Shown here piece after piece: positions 31,403-41,486 of a DNA stretch of 64,000 nucleotides; within the stretch, counting starts at the first letter, position 1; the number at the start of each line of letters is the position of its first letter. The stretch comes from an uncultured bacterium (GTDB lineage Bacteria > Desulfobacterota_D > UBA1144 > Nemesobacterales > UBA2774). Below the pieces are notes generated by a model. It was not told where the DNA came from, made no database searches, and was given only the letters and a program-made list of their open reading frames with translations. Location of the stretch: assembly GCA_963825135.1 (NCBI GenBank), contig CAWGRW010000009.1:1344001-1408000 (forward strand). Direction: 5' to 3'. The position numbers were made by a program, and so were the translations under genes.

Positions 31403-32746
31403 ATGGAGTTAAGTGAAAGGAAAGTGCTCGTAGTCGGCGTCGGCAAGACAGGTATCGAGACCGTGAAATTCCTGCTCAAGAGGGGGGCGGACGTGTCCGT
31501 AAGCGACAATTCCCCGCTGGAGAAAATTACGGAGCAGGCGGGGATGCTCGAGTCCTGGGGCGTGGAGCTTGAATCAGGCGGGCATAAGAAGGAGACGTTT
31601 CTCGCGGCGGATTTGATAGTATTGAGCCCCGGAGTCCCGTTTAACATCCCCCCGGTGCAAGAGGCCGTTAGAAGCGGGATCGAGGTGATTAGCGAAGTCG
31701 AGCTCGCGTCGAGATACATCCGCAAGCCGACAATCGCCGTTACCGGCTCGAACGGGAAAACGACCACATCGACCCTCATCGCCCGCATACTGGAGAAAAA
31801 CGGCAGGAAGGTCTTCCTCGGAGCGAACATAGGCACCCCGCTCATAAAAATCGCCGACGACTGGGAGCAGTACGATATACTCGTGCTGGAACTGAGCAGC
31901 TTCCAGCTCCAGGGCATCGAAACGTTCCGGCCGGACGTCGCCGTCATACTGAATATCTCCCCCAATCACCTGGACCATCATTCGAGCTTCGAGGAATACG
32001 TTAGGTCCAAGATGAAGATTTTTGCGAACCAGACCGAGGAAGACTGGTGCATCTACAAGTCGGACGACGAAGAGATAGGCCGGTACGTCCGGGACATAAG
32101 ATCGAAGAAGATACCGTTCGGCGTGGGCGAGCGGGAGAAGGGGGTGTCCTACGACGGGCGCGGGATCAGGTACGGGGGTGAATATTACGATCTCGAGGGG
32201 ATAAAGCTCCCCGGTTATCACAATGTGGAGAACATCATGGCTGCGGTCGCGGCCGCTACTGCGGCGGGATGCGACCCGGCTCGTATACGCGAGGCGGTAT
32301 TGGAATTCGATCCGCTCCCTCACAGGATCGAGTACATAGGGGAAGTACGCGGTGCGAAATTCTATAACGATTCCAAATCGACGAGTCCCGGCGCCACCCT
32401 ACGGGCCCTCGAAAGCCTCCCTCCCCCGATTATTCTCATAGCCGGGGGGAAGGATAAGGGCGTCGGCTTCGGCCCTCTCAGGGAGACCATAGAAAGAAAG
32501 GTTAAATTAATGGTGCTGATCGGTGAGTCGAGGTTCAGGATGCAGAAGGAGCTTGGCGGAAATACAGGGACCGCTCTTGCGGGCTCCCTTGAGGAAGCCC
32601 TGGATAAGACGCTCGAGAACCTGACTCCCGGGGACACGGTGCTCTTCTCCCCCGCATGCTCGAGTTTCGATATGTTTCAGTCGTATGAAGAACGAGGAAG
32701 GAGGTACAAGGACATTGTTAGACATATTCAGCTCATCGAAAGGTAA
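31403..32746 (+). CDS. murD: UDP-MurNAc-L-Ala:D-Glu ligase
   Basis: SPGVP, GSNGKTT, ELSSFQL, NDSK.T, SPACSSFD. Confidence 0.95.
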   Translation: MELSERKVLVVGVGKTGIETVKFLLKRGADVSVSDNSPLEKITEQAGMLESWGVELESGGHKKETFLAADLIVLSPGVPFNIPPVQEAVRSGIEVISEVELASRYIRKPTIAVTGSNGKTTTSTLIARILEKNGRKVFLGANIGTPLIKIADDWEQYDILVLELSSFQLQGIETFRPDVAVILNISPNHLDHHSSFEEYVRSKMKIFANQTEEDWCIYKSDDEEIGRYVRDIRSKKIPFGVGEREKGVSYDGRGIRYGGEYYDLEGIKLPGYHNVENIMAAVAAATAAGCDPARIREAVLEFDPLPHRIEYIGEVRGAKFYNDSKSTSPGATLRALESLPPPIILIAGGKDKGVGFGPLRETIERKVKLMVLIGESRFRMQKELGGNTGTALAGSLEEALDKTLENLTPGDTVLFSPACSSFDMFQSYEERGRRYKDIVRHIQLIER

Positions 32747-33830
32747 GGCCTACGATATAGGCATTCTCGTCGCAGCCGTCTTTTTGACTGCGGTAGGCGT
32801 TCTCATGGTTTACAGCACGAGCTCCGTGTATTCCATGGAGATATACGGCAACGCCAACTACTTCCTCATACGTCACGCGATATACCTTGCGATAGGCCTC
32901 GCGTCTATGATCGTGCTCATGAGGATGGATTTCAGGCTGCTCAGAAAGTTCGTGTACCCCGCCTATCTGCTCGGCCTCGTGCTCCTGGTCGCGGTGCTCG
33001 TTCCGGGCGTAGGCAAAGAGGTGGGGGGAGCGAGGAGGTGGATCGACGTCGGCTTTCTCAGTTTCCAGCCCTCCGAATTCTCGAAATATATACTCGTCCT
33101 CTATCTCGCGCATTCGCTTACGAAAAAAAGGGACAAGCTCGATAACTTCATCGTCGGATTCGCTTCCCATATATTGATTGCGGGCGTTTATGTGATACTC
33201 GTGCTTCTCGAGCCCGATTTCGGCACGGCGACAATTATGCTCGTCACTCTGTTCTGCATGCTGTTCATAGGCGAAGTCAAGATGAAGTACCTGGTGCCGG
33301 TGGGCGTCGTTTCGATCGTATTCCTCTGCCTGGCGGTTATAACGAAAGGCTACAGGATGAACCGCGTGATGTCCTTCCTCGATCCCTGGCAGGACCCGCT
33401 CGGCTCAGGCTACCAGGCCATTCAGTCCTTCGTAGCCTTCGCTTTGGGCGGGGTTTACGGGACCGGGCTCGGCGACAGCTCGCAGAAGCTGTTTTTTCTC
33501 CCGCAGGCGCATACGGACTTCATATTCTCGATCATCGGCGAGGAGCTCGGATTTATCGGCATCGTGCTCGTCCTGATCGGTTTTGCGGTGCTTCTCGTGA
33601 GGAGCCTCAAGGTCTCTCTCAGGGCTACCGACCTCTTCGGCTGCTATCTGGCGTTCGGCTGCGTGATACTCATCGCGCTTCAGGCCGGAATCAATATGGC
33701 CGTCGCCGTAGGCCTGTTTCCGACGAAGGGCCTCACCCTCCCCTTCATCAGCTACGGGGGGACGTCTTTGATAGCTACCCTGTCCGCGGTAGGGGTAATC
33801 CTTAACGTATCCAGATCCGGGATAAAATGA
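32715..33830 (+). CDS. ftsW: SEDS peptidoglycan polymerase FtsW
   Basis: GARRWI, QPSEF.K, EPDFG, LPQAHTDFIF, PFISYGG; start taken as TTG 32715 (ORF open from 32685). Confidence 0.92.
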   Translation: MLDIFSSSKGKAYDIGILVAAVFLTAVGVLMVYSTSSVYSMEIYGNANYFLIRHAIYLAIGLASMIVLMRMDFRLLRKFVYPAYLLGLVLLVAVLVPGVGKEVGGARRWIDVGFLSFQPSEFSKYILVLYLAHSLTKKRDKLDNFIVGFASHILIAGVYVILVLLEPDFGTATIMLVTLFCMLFIGEVKMKYLVPVGVVSIVFLCLAVITKGYRMNRVMSFLDPWQDPLGSGYQAIQSFVAFALGGVYGTGLGDSSQKLFFLPQAHTDFIFSIIGEELGFIGIVLVLIGFAVLLVRSLKVSLRATDLFGCYLAFGCVILIALQAGINMAVAVGLFPTKGLTLPFISYGGTSLIATLSAVGVILNVSRSGIK

Positions 33831-34897
33831 AGGTCATAATCGCCGGGGGAGGCACGGGGGGGCACATATTCCCGGCAATCTCGGTTGCCGAAGAAATTTT
33901 AAAGCGAAGCGGGACTAACGTGGTGCTTTTCGTGGGTACAAAAAAAGGGCTGGAAAACGAATTGCTCTCAAAAAGAGGTTACACGGCAGAACATATCAGC
34001 GCTCAGGGGATTAAGGGAAAAGGAGTCGGCAAAAGCATAGCCGCCTTATTCTCCGCCTGTAAGGGCGTCTCCGATTCCATGGCCGTGATAAAGCGGTTCC
34101 GCCCCGACGTCGTTCTGGGCGTCGGGGGTTACGTCTCCGGTCCCATGGTGCTTGCAGCCTCTCTGAGAGGCATACCCACCGCGATCTGCGAGCAGAACAG
34201 CTATCCGGGCATCACCAACCGCATCCTCGGGAAATTCGTGAAGAGGGTGTTCGCGACCTTCGAGGAGAGCGCGAGGTTCTTCCCCCGGGGAAAGGTCGTT
34301 ATCACAGGGAACCCCGTAAGGGAAGATATATTGCGGAAGGAGAAGGCAGCAAAGGGTTCGGAGACGGTCAGGATACTCGTATTCGGCGGGAGCCAGGGCG
34401 CGCACAAGCTGAACGAATCCGTCCCGGAAGCGCTTGCGAGGCTGGGGAGAGGGGATATCAGGGTCATACACCAGACCGGAGACAAGGATTACGAGCTTGT
34501 AAAAGATTCCTACGCGCAAAAGCGTATCGAAGCCCGGGTGCTCCGGTTTATCGACGACATGGCGGGCGCATACGCGGAGGCTGATTTTATAATCGGAAGG
34601 TCCGGAGCCGGAACGATTGCCGAGATCACGGCGCTCGGCAAGCCCTCGCTCTTAATACCTTATCCTTACGCTACGAATAACCATCAGCTCGAGAACGCTA
34701 AGGCGCTTGAGCGCGCGGGCGCCGCGTTAATTGTAGAGGACAGGGACGCCGGTCCCGAAAATCTTTACGCGGCATTGACCAAACTGCTCCTGAAAGACAA
34801 ACTAACTACGATGGCGTCGAGCGCTGCGGCTCTCGGCAAACCGTTTGCCGCGGCTCGGATAGCGGATGAAATATCTGGACTCGCCGGAGAGAATTAG
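33827..34897 (+). CDS. murG: MurG GlcNAc transferase
   Basis: GGGTGGHIFP, GGYVS, EQN, GNPVR, GGSQGA, RSGAGT. Confidence 0.95.
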   Translation: MKVIIAGGGTGGHIFPAISVAEEILKRSGTNVVLFVGTKKGLENELLSKRGYTAEHISAQGIKGKGVGKSIAALFSACKGVSDSMAVIKRFRPDVVLGVGGYVSGPMVLAASLRGIPTAICEQNSYPGITNRILGKFVKRVFATFEESARFFPRGKVVITGNPVREDILRKEKAAKGSETVRILVFGGSQGAHKLNESVPEALARLGRGDIRVIHQTGDKDYELVKDSYAQKRIEARVLRFIDDMAGAYAEADFIIGRSGAGTIAEITALGKPSLLIPYPYATNNHQLENAKALERAGAALIVEDRDAGPENLYAALTKLLLKDKLTTMASSAAALGKPFAAARIADEISGLAGEN

Positions 34898-36264
34898 TGT
34901 ACGGAAAAATTAAAAGGATACATTTCGTCGGTATAGGCGGCATAGGCATGAGCGGTATCGCCGAGGTGCTTCTGAACATGGGTTATTCGGTCTCGGGCTC
35001 GGACCTCAAGGATTCGGACACCGTAAAGAGACTCAGGGACCTGGGAGCCTCGATCGCGATAGGCCACAGCGGCGAGAACGTCCGCGGCGCGGGCGTGATA
35101 GTCATATCGTCCGCGGTGAACGACAGGAACCCCGAGGTCATCGAGGCGAGGAACTTGAACATCCCCGTAATCCCGCGGGCCCAGATGCTCGCGGAGCTTA
35201 TGAGGCTCAGATACGGAATCGCCGTCGCGGGGAGCCACGGCAAGACCACGACCACTTCTATGATCTCGACCGTCCTTTCGCACGGGGGCCTCGACCCCAC
35301 CATAGTGGTCGGGGGCAAGGTCAAAACGCTCGGGACAAACGCGCGCCTCGGCAAGGGCAGCTTCATGGTGGTCGAGGCCGACGAGAGCGACGGCTCTTTT
35401 CTCCTTCTCTCTCCCGTCATTTCGGTCCTGACCAATATCGACGAGGAGCATCTCGATCATTACAAGGACCTCGGAGAGCTGGAGGCCGCGTTTTCGAGCT
35501 TCGCCGACAAGGTGCCTTTTTACGGGCTTTCGGTTTTCTGCGCGGATTGTCCGAGGGTAATGGGGATCGCCGCAAAATTTAAAAAGAGATCGGTCACCTA
35601 CGGTTTTCACACCGGAGCCGAATTAAGGGCTGAAAACGTTAATATTTCGGGGTTCAGCACCGAATTCGAAGCCGTGCTGAACGGCTCAGCGCTCGGTAAA
35701 GTCGCCCTCCGCGTCCCGGGCAGGCATAACGCCCAGAACGCGCTTGCCGCCGTAGCGGTCGGCCTCGAGCTCGGCATGAGCTTCGGGGATATAAGGGACG
35801 GTCTCGGCGAGTTCAGGGGAATCGACAGGAGGCTTCAGATAAAGGGGAGGGGCCGAGACATCCTCGTCCTCGACGATTACGCCCATCACCCGAACGAGAT
35901 ACGGGCGACGATAAGCGCGGTGAGGGACTCCGGGCTCGGCAGGATCGTAGCGATTTTCCAGCCTCACAGGTATTCGAGAACGAAGCTCCTCTTCGAGGAC
36001 TTCGCCAAAGTGCTCCTCGACATAGACGTGCTTTTCCTCATGGATATATACCCCGCGGGCGAAGACCCCATAGAAGGGGTAACGTCCAAATCGCTTTACC
36101 AGTCTGTAAAGGAGCATGGACACAGGAACGTGTTCTACTCGAACGGGAGCGACAACCTGGTCTCCTCGGTCCTGAATACTGTAAAGCCCGGCGACGTTGT
36201 GATAACCCTGGGGGCGGGCAACGTTTGGGCGGTCGGCGAGAAAATAGCGGAGGAGATCGGATGA
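34897..36264 (+). CDS. murC: UDP-MurNAc:L-Ala ligase
   Basis: HFVGIGGIGMSG, GSHGKTTT, EADESDGSF, DDYAHHP.E, FQPHRYSR. Confidence 0.96.
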   Translation: MYGKIKRIHFVGIGGIGMSGIAEVLLNMGYSVSGSDLKDSDTVKRLRDLGASIAIGHSGENVRGAGVIVISSAVNDRNPEVIEARNLNIPVIPRAQMLAELMRLRYGIAVAGSHGKTTTTSMISTVLSHGGLDPTIVVGGKVKTLGTNARLGKGSFMVVEADESDGSFLLLSPVISVLTNIDEEHLDHYKDLGELEAAFSSFADKVPFYGLSVFCADCPRVMGIAAKFKKRSVTYGFHTGAELRAENVNISGFSTEFEAVLNGSALGKVALRVPGRHNAQNALAAVAVGLELGMSFGDIRDGLGEFRGIDRRLQIKGRGRDILVLDDYAHHPNEIRATISAVRDSGLGRIVAIFQPHRYSRTKLLFEDFAKVLLDIDVLFLMDIYPAGEDPIEGVTSKSLYQSVKEHGHRNVFYSNGSDNLVSSVLNTVKPGDVVITLGAGNVWAVGEKIAEEIG

Positions 36265-37166
36265 GCCTCGAGCGCGAGATCGAACGTATCGGCTGCGCTG
36301 TCGATCACAATTATCCGATGAATAAATACACCTCTCTCCGAGTGGGGGGTATTGCGGATCTCGTAGTCACTCCTAATAACATTGAAGAGTTCAAGAAGCT
36401 TCTCGGTCTACTCGAGCGCGCGGGCGCGCCTTGGGTGGTGCTCGGGGCGGGCTCCAACACCGTCGTTTACGACGCCGGTATAGAAGGGGTCGTCGTCTCC
36501 ACGAGGAAGCTGAAAAATATCGAGATTACGGATGACGATAAGGTTTATGCCGAGACAGGAGCGGTGCTGGGCACGATTCTCAACAAGACCATTAAGGCGG
36601 GCCTTTCAGGTTTTGAGTTTGCCGCCGGCATCCCGGGCACTGTCGGGGGCGGCGTATTCATGAACGCGGGCGCTAACGGGGGAGAGATTAAGGACGTGTT
36701 GGAGACGGTTTGGGTCTGGCAGGGCGGCGAGGAGATACCGATCGAGAGAAGGGATTTAAAGTTCGAGTACCGTAAGAGCTACCTCCCCGGGGGCAGCGTA
36801 ATCACGAGGGCGAAGTTCGGGCTCAGGCGGGGGGACCCGCAGGAGATCGAGCGCAGCGTCAGGGAATATATGGATAAAAGGAACCGCACCCAGCCGATAA
36901 AGATGTCGAACACAGGGTCTATATTTAAAAACCCGCCGGAAATTCCCGCCGGCAAGCTCCTCGACGAGCTCGGCTTTAAGGGCCTCGGCATCGGCGGCGC
37001 GAAGTTTTCCGAGCTCCATGCGAATTTTATCGTCAACGCCGGATGCGCGAGCGCGAGCGACGTGCTTGGGCTCATAGAGAAAGCAAAGCGGGAAGCGCTC
37101 GACAAGAGGGGAATAACCCTCGAAACAGAGGTAAGGGTCATAGGAAAGGAAAAAGTTGGCAAATAA
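36261..37166 (+). CDS. murB: UDP-N-acetylenolpyruvoylglucosamine reductase
   Basis: GAGSN, GIPGTVGG.VFMNAGA, F.YR.S, GSIFKNP, HANFIVN. Confidence 0.93.
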   Translation: MSLEREIERIGCAVDHNYPMNKYTSLRVGGIADLVVTPNNIEEFKKLLGLLERAGAPWVVLGAGSNTVVYDAGIEGVVVSTRKLKNIEITDDDKVYAETGAVLGTILNKTIKAGLSGFEFAAGIPGTVGGGVFMNAGANGGEIKDVLETVWVWQGGEEIPIERRDLKFEYRKSYLPGGSVITRAKFGLRRGDPQEIERSVREYMDKRNRTQPIKMSNTGSIFKNPPEIPAGKLLDELGFKGLGIGGAKFSELHANFIVNAGCASASDVLGLIEKAKREALDKRGITLETEVRVIGKEKVGK

Positions 37167-37914
37167 TAATAGAAATATTCCCTATCGCAAGTTAATCATC
37201 CTGTTTTCGGTCCTCGTCGTACTGGTCCTCCTGGGGGTATCGTCCTTCATATCGCTTAAGCTCGGCATGTTCACCGTGGAGGAGGTGGATATAACGGGGA
37301 ACAAAAGGATCGTGGGAAGGGAAATACTCAAAAGATCCGGCCTTAGAGAGGGCGAGAGCAGCATATTCTTTTTCGAGAAAACGGTAGAGAACGAGATCAT
37401 GACGAACCCCTGGATTAAAAGGGTATCGGTTCACAAGGAGTTCCCCAAGAAGGTGAAGATAGAGGTGGAGGAAGAGGAAGTGTATTGCATCATGCTCTCC
37501 GACAGCGGAAAGCCCCTCTACATGAGCAGGACAGGCAGGATGCTGGGCACCGGAAATTTTGATCTGGGCCTTGATTTTCCGGTTCTGATAGGCGATGGTA
37601 TAAGAGACCCGAAGCTTTTGGAAGAGGCCCTCGAGATCTTGGAGTTATCTAAAAACAGCACCGTTCTGAAATGGGACGATATTTCAGAGGTCCAGATCAA
37701 TTCTGTATACGGAATCACCGTATTCACGAACGATAACCGCCGCATTGAATTCGATAGAGACAATATTGTTGATAAGTGGGGCAAAGTGGAAAGGATTATG
37801 AATTATTCGAAGTCCCTCGGCCTGGTCGAATCCTATATAAACGTTTCCTCGGGCAGCATGGGAGTCGTGAATTTCGGAAAGCCGGCGGTGAAATCCGGAG
37901 CACAGGATGGGTAA
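37156..37914 (+). CDS. ftsQ: Cell division protein FtsQ/DivIB
   Basis: TM segment plus POTRA domain (V.ITGN...PWIKRVSV.K.FP); precedes ftsA. Confidence 0.85.
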   Translation: MANNNRNIPYRKLIILFSVLVVLVLLGVSSFISLKLGMFTVEEVDITGNKRIVGREILKRSGLREGESSIFFFEKTVENEIMTNPWIKRVSVHKEFPKKVKIEVEEEEVYCIMLSDSGKPLYMSRTGRMLGTGNFDLGLDFPVLIGDGIRDPKLLEEALEILELSKNSTVLKWDDISEVQINSVYGITVFTNDNRRIEFDRDNIVDKWGKVERIMNYSKSLGLVESYINVSSGSMGVVNFGKPAVKSGAQDG

Positions 37915-39139
37915 AGAGCAGAATTTGATTATAGGGCTCGACATCGGAACGACAAAAATATGCGCGATTGTGGGTGAATTGAATTCAAAAACGGGGGAAG
38001 TCGAAATAATAGGCGTAGGCACTTACCCCTCCTACGGACTCAAGAGGGGAGTCGTCGTAAATATAGAGAATACGATACAGTCGGTTAAGCACGCGGTCGA
38101 GGAAGCGGAACACATGGCCGGGTGCGAGATACGGACCGTATTCGTGGGCATAGCGGGCGGCCACATCAAGGGCATAAGCGGTCACGGGATGATAACCATC
38201 AGGGAGCGCGAGGTCGCGAAGCGGGACATCGACAGGGTAATCGAGTCCGCAAATGCCGTCCTTATACCCGCCGACAGGGAAATCATTCACGTAATACCCC
38301 AGGAATACACGGTCGACGGGCAGAGCGGGATAAAGGACCCGGTGGGAATTTACGGGATAAAGCTCGAGACCAAGGTGCACATCGTTACGGGTCAGGTAAC
38401 CGCGGCGCAGAATCTGGTTAAGTGCATTCACGGCGCCGGCATGGACGTAGCCGACATAGTGCTCGAGCAGCTCGCTTCGAGCGAGGCCGTGCTTACCGAA
38501 GACGAAAAGGAAATAGGCGTCGTGCTCATTGACTGCGGCGGAGGGACGACCGACATAGCCATCTTCGTCGGCGGCAGCATACGATATACGGAAAACGTTA
38601 CCCTCGGCGGCGATAACATAGACAGGGATATAGCTCTCGGACTTTCGACGCCGCTTGCCGAAGCCAGAAGGATAAAAGAAAAATACGGCACCGCTCTGGC
38701 CGAGATGGTTTCGCCCGACGAGACGATAGAGGTCCCGAGCGTGGGCGGAAAGCACTTTAGAAAGATATCGAGAAGAGACCTCGCGATGATTATTGAGCCG
38801 CGCATGGAAGAGATTTTCGCCCTGGCGAAAAGAGAGATAAAGAAGTCGGGGTTGGAAGACCTGATCCCCGCCGGCGCCGTTATCACGGGCGGAAGCGTAA
38901 TCATGAACGGCACTGTCGAGCTTGCCGAGCACGTTCTGGAAATGCCCGTGAGAATGGGCATCCCGACGGACGTCGGAGGGCTGACGGACATAATCGCGAA
39001 CCCGGTTTATTCGACCGGAGTAGGGCTCGTTCTATACGGCAGCGGGTACAAGGGCGACAAGAAGCTGCGCATTCGAGACGAAAATGTTTTTAAAAAAATA
39101 TTTGACAGTATGAAAAACTGGTTTCAGGAGTTTTTTTAG
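37907..39139 (+). CDS. ftsA: Cell division protein FtsA
   Basis: GLDIGTTKI, D.GGGTTD, TGG, C-terminal amphipathic helix (MKNWFQEFF). Confidence 0.96.
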   Translation: MGKEQNLIIGLDIGTTKICAIVGELNSKTGEVEIIGVGTYPSYGLKRGVVVNIENTIQSVKHAVEEAEHMAGCEIRTVFVGIAGGHIKGISGHGMITIREREVAKRDIDRVIESANAVLIPADREIIHVIPQEYTVDGQSGIKDPVGIYGIKLETKVHIVTGQVTAAQNLVKCIHGAGMDVADIVLEQLASSEAVLTEDEKEIGVVLIDCGGGTTDIAIFVGGSIRYTENVTLGGDNIDRDIALGLSTPLAEARRIKEKYGTALAEMVSPDETIEVPSVGGKHFRKISRRDLAMIIEPRMEEIFALAKREIKKSGLEDLIPAGAVITGGSVIMNGTVELAEHVLEMPVRMGIPTDVGGLTDIIANPVYSTGVGLVLYGSGYKGDKKLRIRDENVFKKIFDSMKNWFQEFF

Positions 39140-39178
39140 GTTAAAATGATTTAACTATACTGGAGGAGGGTGTTAAAT

Positions 39179-40252
39179 ATGGCAAACTTTGAGCTCGAAG
39201 ACACAAGTATAGAACAAAAGGCCAGAATAAAAGTTATCGGTGCCGGTGGCGCGGGCGGTAACGCGATAAACGCAATGATACAACAGGGACTGCACGGTGT
39301 TGATTTTGTCGTGGCTAACACCGATGCCCAGGATCTGAGAAAGTCCCTCGCATCCACAAAAATTCAGATCGGCAGCAGAACTACCAAAGGTCTCGGTTCC
39401 GGCGGCAACCCGGTTTTGGGCAGGGAAGCCGCGATCGAAGACCAGATTAAAATCGCCGAAGCCATCGAAGGGGCCGACATGGTGTTTATCACCGCGGGCA
39501 TGGGCGGGGGCACGGGGACCGGGGCTTCACCCATAATCGCCCAGGTTTCAAGAGACATGGGCGCTCTCACGGTCGGCGTCGTCACGAGACCATTCGGCTT
39601 TGAAGGACCGAAGAGAAACAAACAGGCGATCGAGGGCATCGAGAGCCTCGAGAAAGAAGTCGATACACTCATCGTGATCCCTAACGACCGCCTCACCGAG
39701 GTGCACAAGATTACAATCCTCGACGCCTTCAAGAGAGCCGACGAGGTGCTCCATCAGGCGGTACGCGGAATCTCCGACATCATTACCGGAACCGGTTATA
39801 TAAACGTGGACTTTGCCGATGTTAAGAGCATCATGGGCGAGAACGGCGGGAAAGCCCTCATGGGCACGGGTTTTGCCGAGGGCAGCAACAGGGCGGTCGA
39901 GGCAGCCGAAGCCGCTATTACGAGCCCCCTCCTGGAAGACATATCGATCGACGGCGCCACGGGCATCCTGCTCAACGTAACCGCCTCTCCTGACTTTGGA
40001 ATCGAAGAGCTCAACGAGGCATGCAACTATATAAAAGACCGGGCTCACGAGGACGTAAACCTCATTTTCGGCCTTGTATTCAATCCCGAGTTCAAGGAAT
40101 CGGTTCAGATTACAGTTATAGCGACCGGGATACAGAGCATCAGGAACCAGAATATAAAGAAGCTCGTGACCAAGCTCCCTACCGATATAGGCGAAGACGA
40201 GTTCGAAATCCCCGCATTTATAAGAAGGCGCGGATTCAAAGAGGGACAGTAA
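39179..40252 (+). CDS. ftsZ: Cell division protein FtsZ
   Basis: GGAGGNA, GMGGGTGTG, NVDFADV, C-terminal EIPAFIR; GGAGG SD before ATG 39179. Confidence 0.97.
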   Translation: MANFELEDTSIEQKARIKVIGAGGAGGNAINAMIQQGLHGVDFVVANTDAQDLRKSLASTKIQIGSRTTKGLGSGGNPVLGREAAIEDQIKIAEAIEGADMVFITAGMGGGTGTGASPIIAQVSRDMGALTVGVVTRPFGFEGPKRNKQAIEGIESLEKEVDTLIVIPNDRLTEVHKITILDAFKRADEVLHQAVRGISDIITGTGYINVDFADVKSIMGENGGKALMGTGFAEGSNRAVEAAEAAITSPLLEDISIDGATGILLNVTASPDFGIEELNEACNYIKDRAHEDVNLIFGLVFNPEFKESVQITVIATGIQSIRNQNIKKLVTKLPTDIGEDEFEIPAFIRRRGFKEGQ

Positions 40253-40393
40253 GTAACGGCGGATACATGGTATGGAATTCCCGGGAGGACCTGAAAGAGG
40301 CGAAGGGGTCACTCGGGGAATATATTATTCACCCCGATTCCCCTTAACCTATATTTTCCTGTTTGTTCCGGATTGCGCCGATTGCGGGATGAT

Positions 40394-40792
40394 TCATTCG
40401 GCGGCCTGCATTTCCCGAAGCTCTTCCGATTTTTTCTGAATTTCGTTTTCGAAGGCTATCTTTACGCGCGGGGCGTCTATCCAGAGGCTCTCGATGTCGT
40501 AGAATTTTCTGCTCGGTTCGTAAAAGACGTGCGCGACGACGTCCGCCGAATCGATGAGCACCCAATTCCCATCCGAATACCCTTCTATCCCTATTATCTT
40601 CTGACCGGCTTCCTCGAGGGTCTTTTCTATGTTGTCCACTATCGTCTTTACGCCCCTTGTCGAATTCGCGCTGCAAACCAGAAAGAAATCGGTTATGTCG
40701 CTTGTGGTGCTGACGTCCAGCAGCACGGGGTTATCCGCGTTCTTATCCCACGCCGCATGAGCTATGGAGATTGCCTTGTTCTTGGAATTTAT
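40394..40792 (-). CDS. rsfS: Ribosome silencing factor RsfS (Iojap); probable ATA start codon
   Basis: AA.DKNA.NPVLLDV, TDFFLVCS, EG....WVLID..DVVAHVF....R.FYDIE.LW; the conserved N-terminus lies upstream of the first GTG (40726). Confidence 0.88.
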   Translation of the reverse strand: MNSKNKAISIAHAAWDKNADNPVLLDVSTTSDITDFFLVCSANSTRGVKTIVDNIEKTLEEAGQKIIGIEGYSDGNWVLIDSADVVAHVFYEPSRKFYDIESLWIDAPRVKIAFENEIQKKSEELREMQAAE

Positions 40793-41469
40793 CGGGAGCC
40801 CTCCGTTCTGTAAATGTGGTTTTGCAGTATGTACTCCTCGACCGGGGCGGGGACAAGGTACTTTACCGACCTCCCGGCCTTAACGAAACGCCTGATTTCC
40901 GTAGAGGAAATTTCCAGGCCCCTGATCTTGGGAAAAGCGATAAGTTTGGAGTTGTTATCTTTGTAAAATATCACGTTATCTTTCTCTTTATCATAACTAA
41001 AATCGTTTTTCAGGGCAAGCGGGAGTGTCGCTGCGCCTTCGTCCGGGTATCCGGGCCTCGTAATCACTGCGAAATTAGAGAGCTTGAAGAGCTCCCTGTA
41101 CTCTTTCCATGTCTCTATCTCCCGGAATAGCTCGCTGCCTACTATAAAATAAAATTCCGTATCCGGATATACGTCATTAAGGTGCCTGAGCGTCTCGACC
41201 GTGTAGGAAGTCGTCTTTTTCCCAAGCTCGTAATCGCAGATGTCGAAGCAGGGGTTTTCGCTCACGGCGAGTCTCAGCATTTCGAGCCTGTGGCGAGAGG
41301 GTGTGGTATTGGTCGATTTTTTATGCGGCGGGAGCGCGGCGGGAATGAAATATACCTTGTTTAACGACAGCTGCTCCCTTATTTCCTCGGCAGCGCGGAG
41401 GTGGCCGAGATGCACCGGATCGAATGTGCCGCCGAATAGTCCCGCTCTCTCTTTCTTCTTGTTATCCAT
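40789..41469 (-). CDS. nadD: Nicotinate-nucleotide adenylyltransferase
   Basis: FGGTFDPVHLGH, PPHK, SYTVETL, ISSTEIR. Confidence 0.95.
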   Translation of the reverse strand: MDNKKKERAGLFGGTFDPVHLGHLRAAEEIREQLSLNKVYFIPAALPPHKKSTNTTPSRHRLEMLRLAVSENPCFDICDYELGKKTTSYTVETLRHLNDVYPDTEFYFIVGSELFREIETWKEYRELFKLSNFAVITRPGYPDEGAATLPLALKNDFSYDKEKDNVIFYKDNNSKLIAFPKIRGLEISSTEIRRFVKAGRSVKYLVPAPVEEYILQNHIYRTEGSR

Positions 41470-41486
41470 CGCTACAGGAAATCATA

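Noticed and set aside
40253..40393. Riboswitch or small ORF (MVWNSRED...) after ftsZ
   Set aside because: Convergent intergenic region with weak alternative hairpins, no recognised aptamer and no clear SD
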